Shown here one piece after another: positions 35,005 to 45,024 of a stretch of 64,000 nt of DNA (its first letter is position 1; each line of letters begins with the position of its first letter). The notes beneath the pieces are model-generated. The model had not been told where the DNA came from and ran no database searches. It was given only the letters and a program-made list of their open reading frames with translations. The position numbers and the translations under genes are program-made. Origin of the DNA: Rhodospirillales bacterium (GTDB lineage Bacteria > Pseudomonadota > Alphaproteobacteria > Bin95); assembly GCA_038143065.1 (NCBI GenBank), contig JAYQLI010000035.1, positions 2,144,894 to 2,208,893 on the forward strand. Direction: 5' to 3'.

Positions 35005-35772
35005 TCATTCCATCACAAGACCACCATCTACATAAATCGTTTGTCCAGTGATGAAAGCCGACCAGGGTGAAGCTAGAAAAAGTACTGGCCCCGCTATGTC
35101 TTCGGGCTTCGCTATACGTCGCAACGGGGTGGCAGAGATAATATCTTCTTTGATATTTTCTCGCACCCTTTCGCTCGCTTTAGTTGGGTAAACTAACCCA
35201 GGGGCAACAGTGTTGACGCGTATTCCAAGGGGGCCAAGTTCAGCTGCTAGTGTGCGCGTAAACCCTACTAGGGCTGCCTTTGCAGTTGCATAGTCGTGGT
35301 ATGGGACGACGGGTCTCGCAATCAGATCAGTGGCAATGTTAATGATGGATCCGTCGGCGCGGGTTAACATGTTTGGAACCGCTGCTTGCACCATATTATG
35401 AGCGGCCTGCACCGCACCCTCAAATTGGCTCTGGTAATCTTGCCAATCTAGGTCCCAATGAAGTTTCCTGCGCTCTGGGTCAAACTCATATGGTCGAAAA
35501 GCATTGTTAACTAGAACGTCGATCTTCCCAAAGGCTTCAATGGTCTCGGAGACTAAGTTTGTTGCACCGTGTTTATTTGTAACATCAGAGCAGATTGCTA
35601 ATGCTACTCCGCCGTTTGTCTCGCAGGCTGCAACAGTTGCTGCCGCGGTTTCGGCATTGGTTAAATAATTTACACCAACGTTGGCCCCTTCGCGCGCAAA
35701 AGCTTGAGCAATTGCCGCTCCTATCCCGCGACCAGCACCAGTGACGAGGACACTTTTTCCGCTAAAATTCAT
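35005..35772 (-). CDS. SDR family oxidoreductase, last gene of the TPP-riboswitch operon
   Basis: TGAGRGIG, VNNA, YATAK (YxxxK), ITGQTIYVDGG; starts 5 nt after the binding-protein stop. Confidence 0.9.
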   Translation of the reverse strand: MNFSGKSVLVTGAGRGIGAAIAQAFAREGANVGVNYLTNAETAAATVAACETNGGVALAICSDVTNKHGATNLVSETIEAFGKIDVLVNNAFRPYEFDPERRKLHWDLDWQDYQSQFEGAVQAAHNMVQAAVPNMLTRADGSIINIATDLIARPVVPYHDYATAKAALVGFTRTLAAELGPLGIRVNTVAPGLVYPTKASERVRENIKEDIISATPLRRIAKPEDIAGPVLFLASPWSAFITGQTIYVDGGLVME

Positions 35773-35777
35773 AGTTA

Positions 35778-36751
35778 TTATTTCGATATGAGATCGCTAA
35801 AGATAACCTTTTTCATCTCTAATTTAGATTTAATTAGTCCTAGTTCTAAGAAAGTGTCAGCGCCTTTTTGCAAGAGCTCGACGTCAAAATGCCCAAGCCC
35901 TTTAGCTTTAGTCGTTTGTGATTGCGCAGAGAGATTTCGGAGTTTGATGATTGCAAGGTTTACCTTTTCGTTTCGCCCGTTAATTGAGCGCGTTATAGCG
36001 ATTTTTGCCGCTTCTTCCGGCTCAGAAATCATCCACGCAGCACTTTTTTGATATGCTTTTAAAAATCGGCGGAGTAGGGGTTTTTGATCCCTGTAATGAT
36101 TCCGACGAACGACAAACATATCGCTTGGTACATTAAGGCTATCTCTGACCTCTATTACATCGACCTCACCAATGCCCTTTAGTTTAGCAACGTAAAGGCC
36201 TGTGTCGGTTGCTGCAGTGGCATCTACTTGGCCTTGCATTACTGGTGCAAAGTTAAGAAGACCAGTTACCTTAATTTTAACATCAGTCTCCTTAAGCCCC
36301 ACCTGATGCAGTAGGACCTGAAGATTTTGCCGAGTTCCGCTGGAAAGGCTGTATACCCCGATAGTCTTCCCTTTTAAGTCTGCAGGTGTCTTGATACCCC
36401 GACCAACCGGTGAAACCACGTTAAAAACATTTTGGGGGTAGATATTGTAAATGGCTACTAAGTCCTCGCCTTTATCGAGAGCTTGATAGAAAGAGGCTGG
36501 ATCTGTGAACGCTACATCCGCTGCTCCTGAGAGCATATTAGCAATTGCGGACCCCCACCTGCGCCTGGGACGTAGCCAAGGTCTATTCCTTCTGCTTTAA
36601 AAAACCCTTTGTCAGGTTCGGCAAGTATATTGGTGATTTCGCTAATTGGTTTACTCCAACCAGCAATACGTACCTTTTCAAGAGTTGCAGACATGGCTGC
36701 AGAGCTGGTGAAAGAGAACGCTAATATCGCTGCCAATAGAGAATGTTTCAT
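35778..36751 (-). CDS. ABC transporter substrate-binding protein, NMT1/THI5 (ThiY/SsuA)-like, frameshifted
   Basis: Signal peptide; KGFFKAEGID, IKTPADLKGKTIG, GQVDA; TAATG overlap with the permease. Confidence 0.85.
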
Positions 36752-37506
36752 TAGAAGGCGCCTTTCTGACGGCTTTGTAAAATCCGCCTCTCAATTACAA
36801 CTATAATTTGATAAAAAAAGAGGCCCATAAGGGTGATCAGGATAAAAAGAGCGAAAATTAAGGTTGTATCCATCATCCCTTGAGCAGCAATGATGCTAGC
36901 TCCTAGCCCCTTGCTGCCTGCAATAAATTCGCCAACCACTGCGCCTACCAAAGCGAGAACTATCGCAACCCGAATTCCAGCTAGAATTACGGGCATGCTG
37001 GTTGGAAGCTTCAGTCGCAATAAGGTCTGAAGTCTGGTCGCACCCAGCATGCGAAAGAGATCTCTTTTCTCCTGCGGAACATTTGATAAACCCGTTATTG
37101 TGTTTTCAAGCAGTGGAAAGAAACAGATTAGAGCTGTGATAATTACCGTAGAGGTCATCCCAAAGCCGAACCAGATTATAAAAATTGGTCCAAGAGCTAG
37201 TTTTGGCACTACCTGGCTGGCAAGCACGTAAGGCCAAAGGAGACGGCGAAGGCGCGGCATTTCAGCAAGTATCGCGCCAATAAGGAAACCGATAACGCAC
37301 CCAAGGACAAATCCCAGCAAAGTCTCAGCACCAGTTACCCAGAGATGTTGCCAAAGAGCACCAGATACAAGGCCATCCCAAAGTGTTTCTGCAACCGCTG
37401 AAGGCGCGGGAAGCACCAGAGGCGAAACTCCGGAGAGCGACACACCCAGCTCCCAGGCGATCAGTACTGCTACGAGCAGAGCAGAGCTGGATATATGCCT
37501 CAACAC
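36751..37506 (-). CDS. ABC transporter permease (ThiX/SsuC/TauC-type)
   Basis: LPAPSAV, PKLALGP, EAA-like loop FRMLGATR, VVGEF..GLG. Confidence 0.9.
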   Translation of the reverse strand: MLRHISSSALLVAVLIAWELGVSLSGVSPLVLPAPSAVAETLWDGLVSGALWQHLWVTGAETLLGFVLGCVIGFLIGAILAEMPRLRRLLWPYVLASQVVPKLALGPIFIIWFGFGMTSTVIITALICFFPLLENTITGLSNVPQEKRDLFRMLGATRLQTLLRLKLPTSMPVILAGIRVAIVLALVGAVVGEFIAGSKGLGASIIAAQGMMDTTLIFALFILITLMGLFFYQIIVVIERRILQSRQKGAF

Positions 37507-38266
37507 TGTCCCGCCCCTAATAGCATTGCCGACCTTACTTTCCGGCAGAGTTTGGAAAAGTGGGCTTCATATCGTAAGTCTGAGCCTCGTGGTCTAGGAA
37601 GGTCTATTTCGACTTCGTGTGTAATAAGCCCTCCTTCCATAACTAAGATTTTGTCTCCCAGGTATGCTGCTTCTCCAATATCGTGGGTGCCAAAAATTAC
37701 TGTCGTGGCGCTGGCTTCAACCAGATTGATTAATACGTCTTGGAGATCCTCACGGGTTAATGCATCAAGAGCAGCGAATGGTTCGTCCATCATTAGGACG
37801 GGGGGGGAGGTAACAAGAGATCGGGCAAGCGCTGCCCGGCTTTGTTGCCCGCCCGAAAGTTGTTCTGGATAACGTTGAGCAAGATGCTTGATGCCAGCGA
37901 GTTCCAGCAGTTCGAGCGCAAATTTTTCATCTGATTTATTTACAGAGCCTTTAAGACTTATCGGTAGTAAGACGTTATCAATTACTGTTAACCATTCTAG
38001 AAGGGATGGCGTTTGAAATACAAAACCAACATCTGAAGATGGTCCATCGACAGGGCTATCGCCAATTTTAATTGAGCCGGACGATGGTGCCAGCAGGCCG
38101 GCAGCCACTTTTAAACATGTAGTTTTCCCGCATCCACTTCTGCCAACCAAGCAATAAAACCCGCCTTTGGGAATGTTAAAGTCAATTCCCAAAAGACCTT
38201 TTTTGTTCCATTAGAAAAGGTATAGCTAACTTTTGATAGGGTAATTGAAGTTGAGTTAGTCTGCAT
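37500..38266 (-). CDS. ABC transporter ATP-binding protein (ThiZ/SsuB-type), frameshift near start
   Basis: GRSGCGKT, LSGGQQ, MDEPFAALD; likely start MQTNS overlaps the luxC-like stop. Confidence 0.9.
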
Positions 38267-39706
38267 AACTGGCCAAATCTTCAGCAGCAGTTTCAGCGCG
38301 AGCCTCTATTTCGGTTATTCTTACTAGGTCAAGCAAATTGAAACGCCCATCGTGGTGCCAGCCGGCTTCTGGTGAGGTCATATCGCCAAGAGCAGTAACC
38401 CGCGTCACCCCGACTTCACCTAACATGGAGGCGAGGTGGAAAAGACGTTCTGGTGTCGCAGAGATTGCCGCCGTTTGGATCAATGTTTTGTAGGGCTTGG
38501 ATAATATTGGCGTTTCTTCAAGGTCGTCGACGGCAACAATTCTGATAGTACGATTAAGACCACTCGGCCTCAGTGCACGGTCTTGCAGTTGAATTGAGAC
38601 AGTCCAATTACCGTTGCATGGTTCTACGACTTTACCACCCAGACGTGTCTCTTCTGCCATACGCCATTCTACTAAGCTGGATGCCTCGGCAAGAGAGAGG
38701 GGGCGCCGTGGGAATTTTCCTCATAACTTGCAAGTGATTGGGCTATGTAAGTTCCAAACGTTTCTGGTGAAATTGCACCACCTTTTTCGACGAAGAAAAC
38801 ATGCGGCGAGTAACATCCCTGCTGGTCATATCGTACAACGTCGTATGCAGCCTTTCTTGCAGTTGAAGAGCCGCGGGAGGGATCAAGGGCTTCTCTCCCA
38901 ATTAGGCCAAAGCTGATTTTATGGCCGTGAGCTAGAAAGCGCGTCGATGCTGGGGCTTGCGCTGCTAATGCTGCGATCGCCGTGTCTCCCCCGTATGCAA
39001 GTGCAACATCTGCTTCCCTAAATAGTCCGGCCTCAAGTTCTGTATTGCCGCCCTGCCACCAGACCAGTGCTATCGTCTTCGCGAGTTCAGGATCGGTTTC
39101 CGCTAAAACGTCATGAAACCACCCTGCAATAAAGGGCTCTGCTGTCGCAACCTTTCCAACGCTTGCGGCCTTCACTAACAGTCCAGCAATCAGTGTCCAA
39201 AGAGGCAGACCAGGAACATTTCCTGCCCAAACATGTGCTAAGAGATCAGGTCCAAAGGCACGACCAAAGCCTCCTTTAACAAGTGGCTGGAATTTGTCGA
39301 GAATACCTGGGTTTGGAAAGTCTTCGGTGATGAAACGCTGAAGTTGCGGTTTTCTGAACGTTTTGAGATAGCCAGTAAGGCCAATCCGCACCATTTCTTC
39401 GTCATAGCCAGTCACTATTGGCAGCAAATGCTCCATTTTTTTTCGAACTGGGTGGCTTCTGTCGAGAAGACGGGCCACTGTCTGGTCAATAGCAGTAAGA
39501 ACCCTATCGACAGGCCAAGTTTTGACACTGTTTCTCGCGTTGAGCCGAACTTTGGAGGCGATGGTTCTCAGATCTGCGGACTGCAAATTTGGCGTTAATG
39601 CAATTAAGCTCTTTTTACCATCTCCGCCATATTGCCTGGGCTCCCAATGAATCCTCTCTGGGTCAAGCCCATGAAGGCGGCCTACGTATTCAACGTCTGT
39701 TGTCAA
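38256..39706 (-). CDS. LuxC-family acyl-CoA/acyl-protein reductase (frameshift near 38715)
   Basis: HVWAGNVP, AYGGD, HGHKISFG, YDQQGCYSP (catalytic Cys), GWHHDG. Confidence 0.9.
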
Positions 39707-40784
39707 TTTGCCGCCGCCGATATCAAAAATTCATCGACCGCCATTGAACACCCCTGAGCCTCGGCACCACTAACGCGCCCATGGAGCATGAAACCTTCAT
39801 CCACCTCAACCCCTGCATCTTCTGTCAATATAGTGGTTACTATATTGAAGTGGGCGAGGTCTGTGTGCGCAAGAACACCAGTCGTGCCCTTGGGGAGGGA
39901 TGAGCCTGTGAGAGGGTCAACGACACGTGTTTTTATCCAATGGGGGCCGGATTTAACAGACGGACAAACGGCATTACCATTGTCATAGAATTGGGTGCTG
40001 AGCTCCGTCATTCCATACATATTGATGCAGTTTGCGCGAGAGACCCCAAAAGCATTTTGAAGGGCATCATAAAATGTATCCAACTCTAACTCTCGGGATT
40101 GGCCTTTAAAACCTCCAGTATCGAGAAGGCGGCTGCCAGGCGGTAGTTGGAAGCGTCTTCCTGACGTTCCATTTCATCTAAAACATGGACGAAGCTGAAA
40201 CTGGCGCCCAGCAAACCGTATGATACACCATTTTCCTCTGCATCTTCCAAGCTGCGGAATAAGCGTTCGTACTCGATGCCATTACTCCCAACAAAGTGGG
40301 AGCTTCTCTCGGAGCCAAAGCATTGCTTGGCGAGTTCAAGATAATGGGCGAGTGAGGAATTCGGCATAGCCACAGGTGGCGGAAAAAGGATGCCAATTTT
40401 TAGTTTTTCTCTATTGCCCATGAAACGTTCGAGGAAATTATGGCGCATTGATGCATTATATACGGCCAAGGTTGGATGGTAGCTTTTCCCTCTTTTCCCA
40501 CCCTGTGTTGTGCCACTTGTCATAAAGGTGGCTTCTGCATTTGTTGGAGAGGAGCATGTAAGGTCAAGCGTCTTGAAGGCGCTAATGGGGACAGCGGGAA
40601 TATCTGCCCAGTGTCGCACCGTTTTGGGTGTTTTTCCTCTTGCTAAGCAAAATTTTTTGAACGGCAGATTATGTTCAAATTGATATGCAAAAATTGAAAG
40701 CGCCATCTGATCGAAATCGGCTTCGACAGCATTTTTATTTTCGATGAAGGTTAGGAGTTTGCTAACAACTTCAGCCTCATCCAT
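39703..40784 (-). CDS. LuxE-family acyl-protein synthetase (frameshift near 40140)
   Basis: FMTSGTT P-loop, DTGGFKG (shifted frame), NMYGMTELS, TED, GR..GCS C-terminal Cys; TTGA overlap with the luxC-like gene. Confidence 0.9.
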
Positions 40785-40842
40785 CGCGCTATCTCCACTT
40801 AGAGGATGACACTAGGAGAGGGATAGGCCGCATCTTTAGAGT

Positions 40843-40967
40843 CCCATTCCCTCCGCCGGTATAATCCGGTTCAGGTTCAAAGGGTCATCGTGCTGACACT
40901 CAATTTTAGTCAAAGACCAATGGTGTCTATCGATATCTCAGCCCTTAAAGCAGGGCCCCCCTACGGT
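40843..40967 (-). ncRNA. TPP (thiamine pyrophosphate) riboswitch
   Basis: Minus strand reads GGGG..GCCCT-AAGGGCTGAGA-(insert)-ACCC-TTTGAACCTGAACCGGATTATACCGGCGGAGGGAA, with all THI-box core elements in order; about 60 nt upstream of the luxE-like start. Confidence 0.93.
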
Positions 40968-40976
40968 AAGCTTCAG

Positions 40977-41006
40977 ACGCTAAGTGGAAAACTGCTCTCG
41001 CGTCAA
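40977..41006 (-). promoter_or_regulatory. Putative sigma70 promoter for the TPP riboswitch operon
   Basis: TTGACG-N18-TAGCGT immediately 5' of aptamer P1. Confidence 0.5.
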
Positions 41007-41111
41007 GATTTATATGATATTTTTGCCGGCCTTATTTTCGAGTTTATCGCAAAAGCAAAAAACACATTTTATGGTCGAAGAGTCTAATTGTGCTCTCCTA
41101 TCTCTGGCTTA

Positions 41112-41962
41112 TTAAGCAATTAAAACTCCTTTGGCGTCGTCTGACGCGATTGTACAACGCCAGTGAACACGACGCTCTTCGATGGGATAATCTGCTGTTG
41201 CAGAATGGAGTGTGCAACGATTGTCCCAGGTAACCAGATCACCAACTTCCCACTTGTGTCGATATTCTGCCCCCGGTGCGATTTGGTATTGTTCGAGTTC
41301 TTGAAAAAGATCCTTCGCCTCTTGATCAGATAATCCAACGATCCGCAGTAAATGTGTAGGATTGAAGTAAAGAGTTTTTCGTCCAGTCTCACTATGGGTG
41401 CGAGTTAAAGGATGTCGCACTGGCGGAAGGTTTCTGTCCTCTGGCTCAAGCAGTTCCGAACTTTTTCGAGATACACCTCCATAAACATAATCTGCTTTCA
41501 AGTTTTGAATTCTCGTCTTAAGGGTATTTGGCAAGGTGTTATAAGCCATAGCCATGTTGGCAAAGAGCGTGTCTCCACCTCTTGATGGGATCTCCAAGCC
41601 AAAAAGTTGTGTGGCTTTGCACCCCTTTGGATCCCAAGGACCATCCGTGTGCCATCCGTGTCCGCGCGCATATACCGGTCTATTTACAGTCCCATCAGCA
41701 TTGCGAGCATTTGTGCCCATGACCGTCAATTCGGGATGATTTGGATGACGAGATTTTTTTACTAAGTGTGGAAAAATTTTGCAAAGCGTCGGCCGTAGCT
41801 GAGAAAGTCTTCAATTGTAAGTTCTTGACCACGAATGCAGATCACACCAGCTTCCAGCCAGGCTTCATAGATCAGCTGAAATTCACTGTCGCTTATGCTT
41901 CGAATATCTATATCGGTGACGATTGCTCCACAGCCAGGACTGGCCTTTTCAATATGCACCAC
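41112..41962 (-). CDS. TauD/TfdA family Fe(II)/2-oxoglutarate dioxygenase, frameshifted
   Basis: GWHTD, GGDTLF, HPL.RTH.ETGRK, WDNRCTLH. Confidence 0.9.
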
Positions 41963-41969
41963 CCATCTC

Positions 41970-42963
41970 CTAATGCAGCTCGCTTTTGATTTCACCAATC
42001 AGTTCAATTGCTTTGATTACATCCTTTTGGGCCAATCCAGGCCACTGAAGCCTAACTATTAGGTGATTGACCCCAAGTTTTTGGTTAAGCCATTGGATCC
42101 TATCTTTCACCATAGCCTTATCGCCAATAATGAAACGAGCTGCTTGGAAAGCATCAAAAGCCTCTTCGAAAGGTTGCCCTGCAACATTGGCGCTACCCCA
42201 CGATGCGTAAGCTGAATACTTGTAAAGCAAGGGTTTCTTGGCAATAGCAAAAGCCTGTTTAGCCGTAGTAGCGACAAAGCATTCCCGTATCATTGGTTTT
42301 TCAGTGGGAGGGCCAAGATTTTTGCTTCGCGTTCTTCATCATAAATCGCGTAATTGCGTTCCAACTGATCCCAATCAGCAGATGGGCTAACTAGCCAGGC
42401 ATCAGCTATTCGAGCAGCACGACGTATTGCGGGTTCTACGCTTGCTCCGATCCAAAGAGGCAGGAGGATCCATTTTTGGGTCTAACAGAGGCGCCAACGT
42501 CTGTTAGCTGAAAGAACTGGCCCTTATGAGAAATGCGGTCCTCTGACCAGAGGCGTCGAATGACGTTGATTGCTTCTGTCGTCCGAGCGGCACGCTTATT
42601 AAAATTGACTCCAAAGGCCTCGAATTCTGCCTTTCGATATCCTAGGCCGACGGCAAGAATATAACCACCTCTGCAGATCCAATCGAGTGTTGCTGACTCT
42701 TCGGCCACTTGAACAGGGTTAGTCATACCTAGGAGCCATATACCTGGGCCCATTCGCATATTCCCCGCTTCTGCAGCAAGTCGTGCTAACAGAATATTAG
42801 CCTGAAACATCTGAAGAGGCTGCGTCAGGTAGTGGTGTGGTGCTATGATAGAGGAAAAACCACATTCGCGAGCAGTGCGCACCTGAGCCAACAAATTTTC
42901 AGTTGCATCATCTAAAGGCGCGTCATCTGAAAATTGTGGATTTATGTAGAGGCCAAAGTCCAT
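41970..42963 (-). CDS. Luciferase-like (LLM class) flavin-dependent oxidoreductase, frameshifted
   Basis: MDFGLY, PHHY, NPVQVAEESATLD, GLGYRKAEFEAFG. Confidence 0.85.
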
Positions 42964-42986
42964 TTGACATCTCTTTCTTGCAGAAA

Positions 42987-44021
42987 TCAGTTTATTTTGT
43001 AGGTGCGAACCGCTGTGTCGTGGAACAGCTGACGTTTTTCGTCGACGCTGTAATCCAGAGTGAGATGCTTGAAAGAATTCCAAAGAGTGTTGTAGCTGCA
43101 ACTGGTCATATCTACAGGAAAGTTTGACTCGAACATGCATCGACTGGTGCCGAAGTGTTCAATGGTATGTTCGTACCAACGTCGAGTTGCCTGCATTAAA
43201 GTTTTGCTAGTTGGTGGTGTGTTATGATACTCCCAGCCAAAGCCGTTGATATCCATATTGATACCACCAAGTTTTGCTAACACATTTTGACAGGTTGCTA
43301 GATCAGCTATTTCTTTCTGCCAGATTGGAAAAATGTCGTCAGCTTTACCCTCATAAGGTCCAATTCCAAGGGGGCCTCCAAAGTGATTTAGAATGATAGT
43401 CGTATCTGGAAATGCCCGTGCTAGTGCTGTCACTTCTTTAAGTTGTGTGTGATAGCACCAGGCTTCAAAAGTCATATTTCTGGGAGCTAATTCGGCAAAC
43501 CCTTCTCTGAATTTTGCATTTGAAAATCGGTCGGGCCCGGATGCATCTTTGGCGCTACGAATCGAATTGTCAGCATCCCACTGGCCCTGGCAGCGAATTC
43601 CACGAAATCGGCCTCCGCCTGCTTGAACATGGGCATCAAGAACTTCGCCAACAGCACTGCCAATATTTAAATTGGCTGAGCCAACGATGGCCGCTGCAAC
43701 CCTGCACTTCCCGTACAAGCCAGAAGCACTCATTGCTGCGATACCATTTACGAACTCTGTTTCTCCAACGCACTTCATGTGCTCTGGACCACTTGCCCTG
43801 TACATCGCTGAGCATTCAATGAACACAGTGCTGAGGATGTTATGACCAGAATTTAAGTCCGACAAAATTTCATCAAGAAGATATTTCGGCGCTACGCGGT
43901 CATGGCGAAACTCCCACAAGTGATGATGAGGATCACAGATCGGCAATTCCGGTTCCAAAGTATCTTCGATGACTTTGTCTAACCATGGTTTATTTTTTGA
44001 AGGAGTCATCATGCCATTCAT
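42987..44021 (-). CDS. Amidohydrolase family protein (Amidohydro_2)
   Basis: DPHHHLW, LNHFGGP, RCMFESNFPVD. Confidence 0.88.
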   Translation of the reverse strand: MNGMMTPSKNKPWLDKVIEDTLEPELPICDPHHHLWEFRHDRVAPKYLLDEILSDLNSGHNILSTVFIECSAMYRASGPEHMKCVGETEFVNGIAAMSASGLYGKCRVAAAIVGSANLNIGSAVGEVLDAHVQAGGGRFRGIRCQGQWDADNSIRSAKDASGPDRFSNAKFREGFAELAPRNMTFEAWCYHTQLKEVTALARAFPDTTIILNHFGGPLGIGPYEGKADDIFPIWQKEIADLATCQNVLAKLGGINMDINGFGWEYHNTPPTSKTLMQATRRWYEHTIEHFGTSRCMFESNFPVDMTSCSYNTLWNSFKHLTLDYSVDEKRQLFHDTAVRTYKIN

Positions 44022-44137
44022 TTTGAAAATTCCCGACGTTACAGCGTGCGCTCGTTAGATATTATCCTCAAGTTGTTTGATTGCATTTAATTGCCGCTAT
44101 CCAATAGGCTGTGGTGATAAATTGGGAGAAAATCCTC

Positions 44138-44936
44138 ATGGAAACTACGACTTCAATTCGTGCTGAAGTTCGCTATGTGAATGCTGAATGGAAAGGTCGA
44201 AAAGAAATTCCTCGAATAGGGTCAAGGAAACACGACGGGCTAACACATCCCGTAAGTCGATAGATATTTACGATGCTCGTCCAGGCCTTGCGAATGGCGA
44301 GATCACGCTGGACGGTTCAGGTTTTACGCTCGCAAAGTTTGTGCACGCCGTAGAAGATTTTCGGGATATTGAGGCCACAGCCCGCCGGTACTACCCAGCT
44401 GTTGAAAAGTTGGTGGCCAATCTTTCTGGAGCAAAGGAGGTATTTGTCCGGGATCATTTGGTCCGAACAGAGATTCCGATTGATTTCAATGATGGATACG
44501 CACGATTTGTTCATTGCGACTATAACATGAAGCGATTGAGGGAGATGTCGGAGTCTTTGTTGGAGACTAGGGTATTGAGCCGAATAAAGACTGGACCTAC
44601 GCATGGTTTAACACCTGGCAGCCTTTTGACAACCCAGCCGTCAACAATCCGCTGGCTTTTATAGATTGGCAGTCATTGCCAGAAGATGACGTAATTGACT
44701 ACTTTTATACAGGTCGAAATAGAGAGAGTTTTGTAGCCGCCCCCGTTTATAATCCAGATCACGTTTGGCGCTATGTGCCGTCAATGTCGCCAGATGAAAT
44801 TCTGATTTTTAAACAGATGGACGGAAGGCGTAATGCATCTGTTTATTGCCCTCATACCTCTTTTGATAATCCTGAAGCTCCGGACGATGCTCCTCCGCGT
44901 CGAAGTGTTGAGACACGGTTGCTGGCAGTGTTTTAG
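44138..44936 (+). CDS. CmcJ/NvfI-family Fe/2OG oxidoreductase, frameshifted
   Basis: TLDGSGF, FVHCDY, NTWQP..NPLA, CPHTSF, RRSVETR. Confidence 0.75.
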
Positions 44937-45024
44937 AGAGATTAAAGAGAGACATTGCTAAATAAAAAATCTTTAACTTAGGTAAAAATTAGGCGTGGTT
45001 CAGTATGCAGAACTGCCGACTCAT

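Noticed and set aside
38256-42963. Bioluminescence (lux) operon: luxC and luxE plus a luciferase-like gene
   Set aside because: Only one generic LLM gene is present, not a luxA/luxB pair; luxD and luxG are absent; the LLM is separated from luxEC by a TauD gene, a promoter and a TPP riboswitch
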